Origin: Vitrella brassicaformis CCMP3155
Lineage: Eukaryota > Protista > Chromerida
Length of the DNA: 64,000 nt
NCBI GenBank assembly: GCA_001179505.1
Contig: CDMY01000302.1
Location: 1-64,000 of the forward strand
Direction: 5' to 3'
The first letter of the stretch is position 1; each line of letters opens with the position of its first letter. Below, piece by piece: positions 1 to 11,477 of this stretch. The notes beneath the pieces were generated by a model. The model had not been told where the DNA came from and ran no database searches. It saw only the letters and a list, made by a program, of their open reading frames with translations. The position numbers and the translations under genes are program-made.

Positions 1-494
1 GAGTCCTTGATCTCGTCGCCGCCACAGAGACGCTCTCGCCGACCGTTGGATCACTCTCGCCGCTGAGTCCTCATTCATCTCCACCGGGGTCAACGCACAG
101 CCCACCCGAGGACGACGTTGAAATAAACGAATGAGATGTATATCTGTGCGCCTCGTCGGATAGCTGTGCGTTTGCGAGAGTGACGCACTCGGCCGACAAG
201 AGGGCGAGAGGAATCACTCGAGTCAGTCGTCCCTCTCGGCTGATGCGGTGAGATGGCGGGCCATTGAGTTGACAGCCAAACAGAGGTGAGGGAGGCCGAC
301 TACTCACTGACTGACTCACTCATGCGCTCACTGATCCATTGGCCTCAATGCGTTCGCCGTCCTTTTCCGTTGGCATCTCTCTCTCTGTGGCTGTCGGCCT
401 ATCGCTGCAGCCGTGTCGTTGAGGAGTGATGGCGGCCTCCTCATCTGCCGCTGCTGGTGGTGGTGGTGGTGCATTCAGTTCTCTGCATGCTGAT

Positions 495-592
495 CTGTCC
501 ATCTGAGCGTCGAACGAGGTGAGCACACAGATCAATGAGCAGCATGCTTGATGCACACGATCCTCTGTCGGCTCTGTCGCTCTGTGCAGGCT
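495..592 (+). promoter_or_regulatory. Shared 5' leader module, copy M1 (CATCTGAGC..AG|GTGAG..GCAGCATGCTTGA..TGTGCAG)
   Basis: Exon end gatctgtccatctgagcgtcgaacgag; donor GT at 519; intron motif gcagcatgcttga; acceptor at 589. The same motif set occurs at four other loci in the window. Confidence 0.65.
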
Positions 593-619
593 GTCGTCGA
601 GCACATCATAGCCACCCAG

Positions 620-2242
620 ATGCAGCCACCGCAACAGCAGCAGCAGCAGCATCCCTTCTCGTATATCTTCGTCGGCCGCCGCACCTTCTACCTCTTCAGC
701 AGCATCAAGGACATCCTGCGGCTGAGGGCCACCTGCACGTGGCTGAGAGGCCTCTTCAGAGCGGCCCAGCTGAGAGATCGGCTCCGCCACTCGCTGGGCT
801 CACAGGCGGGGCTGCGGCGGGCGGTGAATGGGCAGCAAGTGCAGCTGCTGCGGTTCGACGACGAGCAGTTCGGCACACATGATCTGCTGGCGGCTGTGTG
901 TGTGGTGGAGGAGGGGGGCTGGGACGAGATGGGCGAGGTGATTGAGGTGGCGGGGCAGTGCGGCAGCTGTGACCTGCCTGTCATCCTCACAGCCGATGAC
1001 ATCAACACACACGCAAACAAAACGGTGAGCCAGCAAAGAGAGGGGCGGGGAGGGGAGGGAGAGGGCCTCATTCTCTCTGTCTGTCTGTGTGTCTGTGTGT
1101 GGTCGTGTGTGTAGGCGTATGTGTCGGCTCCCCGTGTGTTGGCGCAGCTCAAGATGGTCGGCCACCACATCCACTTCAGTGACGACAGCTGCCTGCAGCT
1201 GTTCCAACACAATGGTGAGGTGCGGGCAATCATCGACGAGCCCGGCTTCCGGCTGGAGGTCGACCCGCCCCTCCCTGCCGGCCACCTGTACCAGCAGCAC
1301 CGACAGCCACACGACCCACCGGTGCGTGAGAGCATCTACTACTCGACCGCCAACGCCGGATGGGTGTCGATCCCTGGCGCGTACCCCCATGCGTCTGTGT
1401 CGTCGTTGGCCAAGTACATGGTCCTCCACCACTTCAGCGAGACTCACCAGACCAATGACACATCGATCACACTCAACAGGTAACACACCAACCACATGGC
1501 ACTGAAGGCAAGAGGGGAGCGCCGTTGATTGTGTGTGTGTCTGTGTTTTGTTCAGGGTTGTCGGTGGCGGTCGTCTGGGCGACCTGCTGACCGAGTCGCC
1601 CCATACACCAGTGGCCGGCTGCACCACGACACTCGGGCTGCACGGTGATGAGCGACGGCTGGTGCTGACCAACAGCAGTCATCCCTTCGTCGCATGGATT
1701 TGCATCACCAGATAAGCGAACAACACCGGTCAAAGTCACAGAGAGGGAGCTCTGCATGTCAATGTCATCAGTGTTCTCCGTCCCCTTGTGTGCAGTCTGG
1801 GTTAGTGTCTACACGACTGAGGCGGCTGTGTGTGGTAGTGGTGCCTTCAAGCACCGCTTCCCGGTGACCACTCAGCTGGCTCGTATGGTGTTGAGGGCGG
1901 TGGCGCCATACGTCTTCGACGGACAAGTACAGCAACAGCAGCAACAGCAGCAACAGCAGGATGATGACGACGGTACGGACACACACACACATGGATGGAT
2001 GGATGGATGGATGCCAGACGGGCGCTCTCTCTGTGTGGTCTGCAGATTCCGACGATGGCGATGAGGGTGACGATACGGATGAGGGCAGCGAAGAGGGCAG
2101 CGGAGGTACGAAGGAACGCACCACAGCACAGAGGCCCTCATGTCGACCTCCATCACATACATACATGTGTGTGTGTGTGTGTGTGTGTGTGGTGCCCTCG
2201 GCAGGTGACGGTGGCGAAGCTGAGGCGGAGAGCGGCGGTTGA
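620..2242 (+). CDS. Lineage-specific family A hypothetical protein, copy 1; in-frame TAA at 1713-1715 precedes three further in-phase exons (truncated or pseudogenised)
   Basis: Exons MQPPQQ..HPFSYIFVGRRTFYLF..HANKT | AYVSAPRVLAQLK..SITLNR | VVGGGRLGDLL..CITR*ANNT | VWVSVYTTE..DDD | DSDDG..GSG | GDGGEAEAESGG*, joined by GT-AG introns. Near-collinear paralog at 41940-43410. Confidence 0.7.
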
Positions 2243-4556
2243 TCAATCCATGAGCTAATACTAGTGCGCCTGACATGCAAGCGATTCTGCGGTGCCACTT
2301 GCGTGAGTGCGCATCCGTGTGCTCTGCTGCTACTGCTGTACGTGACCGAATGGCTGGCTGCATGAGTTCACGAAATGACAAATCTCTAGAGCAAGAATTG
2401 TGGCACCGGTGGTTGGTGACATCGCGTTGGTTGAATTGTCAGAAAGGTGATAGCTGCTAGGTCTGTATCCACCCCCCCATCACCCCCACCCCACGCACAC
2501 AACATACCAACAATGAAGTGCATTCACCACACCACACCCCTCTCCCTCCCCTCCCCTGAGCGTCGTCACTCACACTTACACTGACTTGAATGCAAATAAT
2601 TCTGACCGAGCAGGCAGGCAGGCAGGCAGGCACGTGTGTGGGCATCATCCAGGTCACACGTAAACGGCTCTCAGGGCGGCACGTATGTCTGTGTGTGTCC
2701 GCGTGTGTGTGTGTGTGGATCGGTCAACAAAGAGCCAGCCAGCCGCAGCGCGTCATGAAGGAGTAAACCGAAAACCAAGACACACATACCGACACGCAGA
2801 GTGCTCATCACGCCACAGGTACACATTTCCCTTCTCACTCGTCCCTCCTCCCCCGTGTGTGCCTGTGCTGGTTCTGGCTCCCATCATGCTCCGAGAAAGC
2901 TCGCTCGACGATGCTCGACCTGAGCTCTAGCTGAGCATGATGAGGGCTTAACCAGCACTAGGCACATCACAGGAGGTCACAAGACATCCACCCTCACACC
3001 CACGAAGCTCGTATCCATCTCTTCTCCTCTCTGCTCTTGTCTTTGCTGCTCACGTCTCAGCCCATTCGCCCCCTAATGTGTGCGTGCCAGATTCCCAGAT
3101 GAACGATAGAGCGAGGTATGTCCGCCCCGCTCTTTCGTTCAGCTGAGCCCCTGCCACTGACACACTAGGGAGGCGAGAAAACGGACTCTCACCGACGGAA
3201 AAGAGCACTGTTGATCGTTACTGGCTCATCCCTGGCTTGCACTCTGCGGATCTCTCTGTGTGTTGTGTCCCTCTCGTCTTCGCGCCACCTCCCCTGACAG
3301 ATGATCACTCGACTTGTCCAGGTCGGGTGCTCACAGATCAGAGACGAGCAGACTAGACGAGAAGACGCGCAACACACATCCATCCATCCGTCCATCCATC
3401 CATGTGTTGGTGTGTTGTGGTCCCTCTTGCCTCCACCCGTCGAGCCGCCCGGCCACCACCACATAGCACATAGCACGCGAAAAGGTATACAATTCGAGAG
3501 ACACGCACGTACACATCCCCACACACACCATCTGTATCATGATAGATCAAACAAAAGGAACGGACGTCTGATGAAGGAAGGCACATATATAGGGATGAGG
3601 GAGTCAGAGATGCACACAACACACCTACACGTACACACACGGTGCAGCTAGGCTATGACAGAGGCAGGCAGGCAGGCAGGCAGGCAGTATGCGAGAAAAG
3701 CGGGCGGGAGTGCGATAGGAGAACTGAGCTGAGGTGGGCTGAGTTCGACTGGTGTTTTCGTTCTTTCGTTCTTCCACAAAACACAAAAACCCGACCGCAT
3801 CTACGCGACATACCGACGTGGCTCTCACTGGTGGCGACATCTTGTGTGTGTGGGGGTGAGGAGAGCATCGAGAAGAGGACAAGACACTTCACGCAATCCG
3901 CCATCCATCCATCCATCCAGCCAGCCAGGAAGCTGCACAACCACAACCACACGCACGCTACACACACGACAGACAGACAGACAGAATCAACACGCGCAGG
4001 CACGAGCACGTACGCAGCTAATTAGACCTCCTACAGGCAGTGAGGGAGTGATCCACATCCGCACATCAACACAAACACGGCACCATGCACGCCCCCCTGA
4101 GCTGACAGATTCTCTTGTTTTCGACAATGCGCCAGACAGGGGGGCCACCACACCACACACGCACAACGACAATCCACAATGCACGCAGAAAGCATGCGCT
4201 CACACCACAAACATTACCCCCACCACAACCACCCCACCCCCCCTCTCGAGGTCAAGGTCTTCACAACATCCCACCCCCCCTCCCCCCCCAAAAAGACCAA
4301 CCATCTGCACACATCCATCCAGACAGTCAGCGGAAAAAAGAAAAACCGGAGAGAGACAGAGCAGGAGAGACAAGGAGACAACAGAGACAAGGAGAGACAA
4401 GATCAGGCCAGCCATTCCACCCAGGTTGTGTTGGTCCCCCCCCTCCCCCCCTCGCTCTCCCCTTTATCTACTCCCCTTCCATGCAGTCATGCAGCCGTGC
4501 ATAAATAGATCCATCCGTCCACCCTCCCGCCACCGTGTGTCAAGAGACAGACGAGA

Positions 4557-6069
4557 CTAGATCCGCAGCAGCGACACGAGCGAGCTGGCGACGATGGCGA
4601 ACCCCACGGTGAACCTGAAGCCGTCACTGGTGGTCTCCGCCTCCCTCTCAGCGTCGCCCTTGCTGCCGTTGGTCGTCTCCTCGGCGCTGCTCGCCGCGAC
4701 CTCAGCATCAGCATCCTCGGCTGATTCCTCCTGCTCGCTGCTGCTGTCGCCGCCCGTGAAGAAGTCGCGTACCTCCTGGGCGGCGCTGTTGACGCCCTCC
4801 TTGACCGTGTTGATCGCACTGTCGATGCCGCCGGCGATCTGGTCCATTACGGGCTCTGAGTCGCCTGTCCCTGCGTCGGTGTCTGTCTCGTTCTCGGCCT
4901 CGGTGACATTGGGAGCTGTTGAATGCCATGCCATGCCACCCAAAGACACAGATCGGTCGATGGGTGCTTGTGTTTGTGTGGGGTGTGGGGTGGGGGGTGT
5001 GGGCTGGTGGGGGTAGGGTACTGACCGGCTGTGACTTCAGCGAGTTCCTCGTCGTCGACGAGGATGTCGTCAACGGGGGCGGGGGTGCTGTCCAGCTCGG
5101 CCTCGGCCGCAGGAGGAGTCGTCACATCTGCAGCAGACACAAACCAAGACACACACCAGAAACACATGGATGGATGGATGGATGGATGTGGCCATGTGTG
5201 TGTGTAGAAGAGTGTACCCTCGTCGATGAGTTCTTCATCGGCCTCGTCGTCGATGACGGGCAGCACTGGGTCCTGCTCCGCCACCACCTCGGCCTCAGGC
5301 AGTGTCACGTCGTCGCCCATCTGACCGGGGAACGCCTGCAGGGGACCTGCACCACACCACACCACACCACAGCCACAGCCATACACACGTACAGGGTGTG
5401 TGAGGGGGTTAGGGGGAGGGAGGGAGGAAAGGAGTGGTGGGTGTCACTTACCCTGGTCGCCGCCCTCTCCACCGGGCTCAGCTGCGGTTGCGGGGCCTCT
5501 GGTGTAGCAGAAGACGCCCGCTGGGTTATCAGGCTCCCAGCAGCAGCCCTTGGCAGCTGACACACACATACGCACCCACCCACACACACACACACACACA
5601 CATACACACACAGAGAGGGCGTGTGGTGGGGTGGGGTGGGTGTGTTCTGTGATGCCCACTTTCTTCTCAAATGACGTACCGCAGTTTGATTCGTTGACAT
5701 CTTCGCCTTGGTCGAGGCAGCCCTGGTCGTTGGTGACCCTGTTGGGACACTCGCCCTCAGGCTGCAACTCTCCTGCAAAGCACAACACACAACACGCACA
5801 CACGAGTGAGACACGCCGCACAAACGTTCAACGGACACTTCACAAGTATCACGCCTTTCGACCCCAGTGCCCCTGCCGCCACCTTCACACTGCTCTAGCT
5901 GCCCTGCACCCCCCTCTCTGCCCGCCGCCCGCCCGTCTCGCCCGTCTGTGTGCTAACTGTCATCTCTCCACACACACATTCGTCTCTTACTCAGGGCGTC
6001 GGCGGGCAAGGAGAGCAGCGCCACCACGGCGACGAGGCCGAGCTTAGCTATTCTTGAAAACCCCGACAT
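4557..6069 (-). CDS. Secreted/surface protein: signal peptide, trefoil (P-type) domain, acidic low-complexity stalk, C-terminal hydrophobic (GPI-like) tail
   Basis: ATG at 6069 gives MSGFSRIAKLGLVAVVALLSLPADAL. Spliced exons 5772-5680 and 5556-5452 give CPNRVTNDQGCLDQGEDVNESNCAAKGCCWEPDNPAGVFCY (C-x9-C-x11-C-x4-CC-x10-C). The last exon ends FRFTVGFAIVASSLVSLLRI*. Confidence 0.8.
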
Positions 6070-6311
6070 CGCTGGTGTGCGTTTGGAGTGAATATGAGGA
6101 GGGGAGGACCGGGCGACGAGAGGGTCGGTCGGAGATCTGGGTTGTGGGCTGAGTGTGAAGGGCGGATGGGCAGATGCGTCGGGCGGGCTGCACGGTCCTT
6201 CTGTCGCGGCTTATCTTCTCGTCGTTTTGGCGACGCCGTTGAGGAGCGAGCTTGCACTATAGCTCGCGGAGAAGCGGAGAAAGAGAAAGAGGGGAAGCGG
6301 CGGTTTGGAAG

Positions 6312-9300
6312 ATGTCATCGAAGCAGGTGAGGACAGCAAACCGATAGCAAACCTGCTGGACGCCTTTGTGCGACACTGGATTGTGTGTGTTGGATGACGA
6401 CTGATGCAGTTGAAGAAGCTCTTGCGGCTGCGCGAGCAGCAACAGCAGCTAGTAGAGGAGGATCATGCCGGCGGCGAAGGTGATGGCGATGAGAGCGGTG
6501 AGGACGAGTCGACGCCGGTGGCGCAGAGGCCCCGGTCGGCCTTCCTGATGGCCATGGATGACATAGCTGACAGCGACGATCCAGATGCAGAGGAGGAACC
6601 GGAGCAGAAGGAGGACGGAGATGACGAGCCGCAGGCGAGTCAGACCACAACAGAAGAAAACACCATTTTTGATGTGTGCATGTCACCTCTCCGTGTGAGT
6701 GTGTTGGGGTGCTGGTTGTGGTTGTGTGGTCTTGTGCAGGCTCAGGCTCTGTCTGAGAGTCCCCCTCTTCCAGCGGCCTCCGGAAAGAAGAAGCGCAAAA
6801 AGAAAAAACAAGACAAACATGACAGAAACAAGCAGCCCTCCCCCTCCCCCTCCCCCTCCGCCTCCCCTCACACACACGCACACACAGACGAGATCGACGC
6901 CGCCATAGAGGAGCTCGACGCCTCAGCAACCGCATCAGCATCAGCAGAAGACGCCATGGCCGCCACCACCACCGCCACACACACCAAGCAGCGGCAGCAG
7001 CAGCAGCCGTCCTGCCTGTCGATGGAGAAAGCGGCCTTCAACCCCGACAACGAGCTGAAGCGCATCTTCGGCGCGTCGGTGGTGGCGCGCACTCAGGGGG
7101 CGGACCAGCAGCAGCAGCGGGGGAGGGCGAGAGGGCGGCAGCGGGCGCACTACAGCCAGGTGGTGCAGGCCAAGTGGCGGCGGATGTGGCTGCAGACGGG
7201 GGAGGAGACCTGGCCGCCAGCTAGGGAGGGGCTGGAGATGCACATGCTGGGCGGACAGCAGCAGCAACACGGAGAGGGAGGGGGAGGTGGAGAGGGAGGA
7301 TCGGCTGGTGTTGAGTTCAAACTCGTTGCCAACTCCAGGTGGGTCGGGTGCGTGTGGGGGTGTGGGTGTGTCATGTTGTGCCATGGTGGTGTGTGTGTGT
7401 GCAGGTACCAGTCTGTGCAGGAGCAGTTTTACGAGTGTGTGGAGACCCACGACCCCAACGCCTTGGTGGACCTCATCAGCAGAGAGCCCTTCCACGTCGA
7501 CGCACTCCTGCAGCTCAGCGAGATCTACAGAGCACAGGTCAACGAACGGCCGACACACATAGACACGCTCACTCCCCCACAGAGGCACACACAGAGGTGG
7601 AATCCCCTTTCTCTGTCCTGTCTGTCTGTGTGGTGTTTGTGCAGTCGGAGAACGAGACAGCGTTCGACCTGTGCAAGAGAGCCCTCTATGCGCTCGAGTG
7701 GGGCTTCCACCCTAAATTCTCCCCGTTCGTCACCACACCAGGCTCAAACCTACCACAGGCACGCACACACACAAAACACAGCACACGCCCTCTCTCATTG
7801 GCTGTATGCGTGTGTGGGGGTGTGTGGGGGTGTGTGTGTGGGTCGTTTAGGTGCGTGTGAGCTCGGCGCTGCCCGAGAGTATCCCGTTGTACCACGCGTT
7901 GGGGAGCTACATGCTCGGCCTGGGCAGCCAGGGGGTGCACAGGACGGCACTCGAGGTGGCCAAGCTGCTGCTGGCCATGGACATGGCTGCTGACCGGTTC
8001 CACACCCTTCTGCACATCGACTTCTACGCTATCAGGAGCAGGCAAGTCGCACGCACAGAGAAAGGGAGAGCGCCCAGCCCTCACACACACGCATCTCTAT
8101 CCCTTTGTCTGTCTGCCTGTGGGTGGATCAGGTCGTATGCGTTCCTGCACCGTTTTGCCTTTTCCTTCATCCCGCAGCACGTCAAGCATCTGCAGCAGGG
8201 CCCCCGAGCCCCCACCCCCACCCTCAGCTCCACCTCACACACATCATCATCACCCCTCCCAGCTGCAGGACCAGCACCAGCACCAACAGCAGCAGCACAA
8301 CCACAGCCAACGGACAACACCCACGCGCATCTCACATCGGCGGACGGCGTCGCTGATGGCGCTGGTGGTGAGGGAGAGGGAGAGGGTGTGGTTGAGCTGT
8401 GTCGGCTGGACTGGATGCTGCCCAATTTTGCGTTCTCAATGGCTATGGCCGCACTCATGGAAAACACTTCTGGTGGGTGGGCGGGATGGATGGATGGATT
8501 AACACACACATGGGTGTGGGCGGGTGTGTGTGTGTGTGCAGGTGTCGACGTGTCGCTGGTCAAGAGCCTGACAATCGATCGCATCGTTGCCTGGCCTCCC
8601 ACAGACCTGCAAGCACCTTACACACGTACGTCTTGCACGCACACAGCCACACACATCCATGCGCACCGTCTGTCGACCTCTCCTCTCAGCGCCCCAATCG
8701 GCATCCGACGACCCGAGTCGCCCGTTGGTGTGTCTGTGTCGCGCTTTGCTGCTGTTCCCCTCTTTCCTGCACGAGATACTCGACCACACCAGCGCGAAGG
8801 CCCACAACAAAGTCCCAGGCACGGTTCCTTGGAATGGATTGGATGGGCGCGTGTGTGGTGTGGATGGATGAATGGAGATACACGTGTCTGTGTCTGTGTG
8901 TGCAGGGTCTGCCTATGTGAGCAAGACCTGGGGCGACCTGCTGTTCGCGAGACCGTTTGGCGACGCCAAAGCCGCCAAATGGCAGCACCGAACGTGAGAT
9001 GATGAACCACAGGCACACACACACACACACACACACATGTGGATGGATGGATGGATGTCTGCAGGCACGGCGACGTGTTGCAGGTGATGGTGGCGTGCTA
9101 CGTGGCCAAGAGCGGCGCCCTGTGGAAGGCCGAGCAGGTGCAGAGGGTGCTCCACTCCTGTGCAGGGCATCTGGCATTCATCTACGCCGACCTCACCGAC
9201 AGTAAGCCAACACACACCACGCACCACACACAATCGGGATGGATGTGCCAGTGCCCGTGTGTGTCTCTGTGTGTGTGTGTGCAGCTGCGGGCGAGTTGGA

Positions 9301-10022
9301 TGCGTTTCGCACGTCGTGGTGTGCCTCGCGCTTTGCGATGGACATGGCGCGATACCGAGACCTCCGGCCGTCAGAGTTCGCGCAGAGATACACCCTGCCC
9401 GACTTCATCCTGCAGGTGCGTCTCGCTGCACACACACCCCCCCCCCACACACAGATGGATGGATGGATGGATGGAGTGCAGCAGAGGATCCCCGCCCGTC
9501 GAGGGCAGCAGAACGGCATGGGCGATGGGGAGCGCGGTAATGTCAGTCTGGACAGCAACCCGGTGGTGGTCTTCCTCCAGACACTCCTGCCCTGGAACCA
9601 AATCGACCAGACAGGTGTGTGTATGTGTGTGTATATCTATGCCACACCCACCCACACACACAGAGAGAGAGAGAGGGAGAGAGGCACAGACGTCTGTGTG
9701 TCCGTCTGGTCTGTCTGTCTGCCTGCCCTTTGCAGGTTTGCACGCCCAGCCGGTGAACCTGCCCACCATGCAGACCCTCCTGGCCCGCCTCCGTGACGCA
9801 CTCGCGCGTGTCAGCAACGCCCAGCAGGAGCAGCAGCAGCAGCAAGCAGCCGGTGATGCCGCTGCGGCAGCTGGTGGTGGTGGTGTGGAGATCGATGCCG
9901 CCGATGCGATGCAGGCGCACTTGGCTGAGCTGGCGAGGCAGTACACAGAGGGGGAGGGAGAGGGTGAGGGAGATTTTGATGGAGAGCCGAGGTTTGACGA
10001 TGAGCTAGATCAGGTAGACTGA
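6312..10022 (+). CDS. TCF25: Transcription factor 25 / ribosome quality control subunit RQC1 (DUF654 family)
   Basis: Starts MSSKQ|LKKL. Family-like segments DPNALVDLISREPFHVDALLQLSEI, AFDLCKRALYALE, HRTALEVAKLLLAMD..LLHIDFYAIRSR and LPNFAFSMAMA, in multiple phase-consistent exons. Confidence 0.9.
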
Positions 10023-10604
10023 CTGACTCGTTCGTTATTGTTTTGTCTGTGTGTGTGTTGCCGGTGCGTAGCCGTAGCCGTAGGGTTAGCAGACGGGCGG
10101 ACGGGCGGACCATCGCACTAATAACATAACATTACATGTGAAGGGATTGCAGATGCATTGATATCGTGTCTGACTGACCATGTCGGTTTCGTGTCTGACC
10201 AATCAAGCCATGAACATCACACTGTGCATAGAGCAAACGAAAGAAACGAACACAAAAGAAAAGGTGGCGATACAACCACTCACTGGTCGAGAGCGCACAG
10301 GTCGATACTGATACAGTACACAGCGGTTCCCATCAGCCCGACCAAAAAGACAAGCAGCGAATGTTGGTTGGCACGGTTGAAAAACATGTGTGCTGACTGA
10401 CTGATTGATTGACTGGCAAACATCGGTGGACATGAATCATACGCCCGCAGGCTTTGACAATCAGCGCATTGAGTGACAAGTCTACACACACACACACAGC
10501 ACGCATGAGGATGTGATGCGCTCGTCGCATGTATCTGCCTGTACGAGGGCAGTGCGCCGGTCGTGTGTTCGTTTGCTTACAAGGCAGGCAGGTTTGTTGA
10601 TCGG

Positions 10605-11425
10605 TCAGGCGCTGCTGTAGCCGGTCCTGGAGGGAGGGGAGGGAGAAGGAGGGGCCGACCACCTCAGGGATGGAAGCGAGGGCGGTTGCCGCGTACTTGG
10701 GCTGAGCAGGGGCAAGGTGAGGGTTGCAGCTGCGTGAGCCCGCTCGCTCGGCAGCAGACCAGTGGCCACCTCTGATCTTGGCTCGGTGGCCGTGTCTTGA
10801 GGTGTCACGTCAGACCAGGGAGGCACCGTTACGTGTAGATAATACATCCCATCCTCCTGCGCACACACACATCCAAACACACACACACACACACATCCAT
10901 CCATGTGTGTGTGCGTGCACTGCACACCGCTGGCTGTGGCGCCTCTGGCCGTTCTCCCCTCTGCTCCTGAGCTCTGCACACACACACACATGTCTTCACG
11001 TATGAGTCGCGTCGGCCCACCCAACCGTATGTATGTCTGTGTTTGTCTTTGTCGTAGGCCTGGCTGCGTACCTGACGTGTGCCTCGCCCCAGCCCCTGAC
11101 TTTCATCTGGCGGAGCCATAGCACCTGCTGCGCTCCAATTTGCGCGCAGATCTTCGCGAAATCCTCCCAACACTCCTGCTTGACCGTCTGTGATCTCACT
11201 CCACACACACGACACGTGTACTTGTGTGCGCGTTTGTTTGTTTCTCGTGCGTCACGTACGTGATCATCTTTGTTGATGCACGCGCACAGGGCCTCCCTGT
11301 CCGCCGGGATAGGGGAGGTAGTCGTTGATTTTGGTTTGGTACACTGCCTCGTGAATCATGGCGAATTGCTCGTCCCACTCGTCGTCATACACATCATCTA
11401 TCGGGCACCCCATCTTCGCACCCAT
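10605..11425 (-). CDS. Small multi-exon hypothetical protein
   Basis: ATG at 11425 gives MGAKMGCPIDDVYDDEWDEQFAMIHEAVYQTKINDYLP. Following exons TVKQECWEDFAKICAQIGAQQVLWLRQMKVRGWGEAHVR | AQEQRGERPEAPQPA | EDGMYYLHV..SSA*. The first donor is ambiguous. Confidence 0.5.
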
Positions 11426-11450
11426 TGTCGCGGCAGCGAAAGGCAGAGGG

Positions 11451-11477
11451 TTTAGGGTTGACGGGTTTAAACCCTAA
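11451..11477. promoter_or_regulatory. Inverted pair of telomere-repeat/telo-box motifs in a divergent intergenic region
   Basis: TTTAGGGTT at 11451-11459 and AAACCCTAA at 11469-11477, between the minus-strand gene start (11425) and the SulP 5' region. Confidence 0.45.

Larger units (their letters stand above)
143..2250 (+). repeat. Copy 1 of a ~2 kb inverted dispersed duplication (partner ~41935-43885, minus strand)
   Basis: The reverse complement of 43885-41935 matches upstream sequence (tcggatagctg, gagagtgacgcactcggccga), exons and introns. Similarity fades just after the final TGA. Confidence 0.9.

Noticed and set aside
425-510. Box C/D snoRNA (GTGATGG ... CTGA, ~75 nt apart)
   Set aside because: Box C is imperfect, there is no terminal stem, and the C-like motif was not seen at the other module copies outside family A.
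2300-4500. Possible small spliced gene(s) between family A copy 1 and the trefoil gene
   Set aside because: Some splice-like sites exist (e.g. minus strand ~3190-3450), but no coherent start-to-stop model or recognisable domain was found; it may be UTR or lncRNA.
11250-11330. Programmed +1 frameshift or indel at CCCC-T in the small minus-strand gene (YLPIPADREALCACINKDDH would join exon 2 via the strong gtacgt donor)
   Set aside because: An alternative phase-0 donor (CCT|gtgcgc, intron starting at 11287) gives an open frame without any shift. It cannot be resolved without cDNA.
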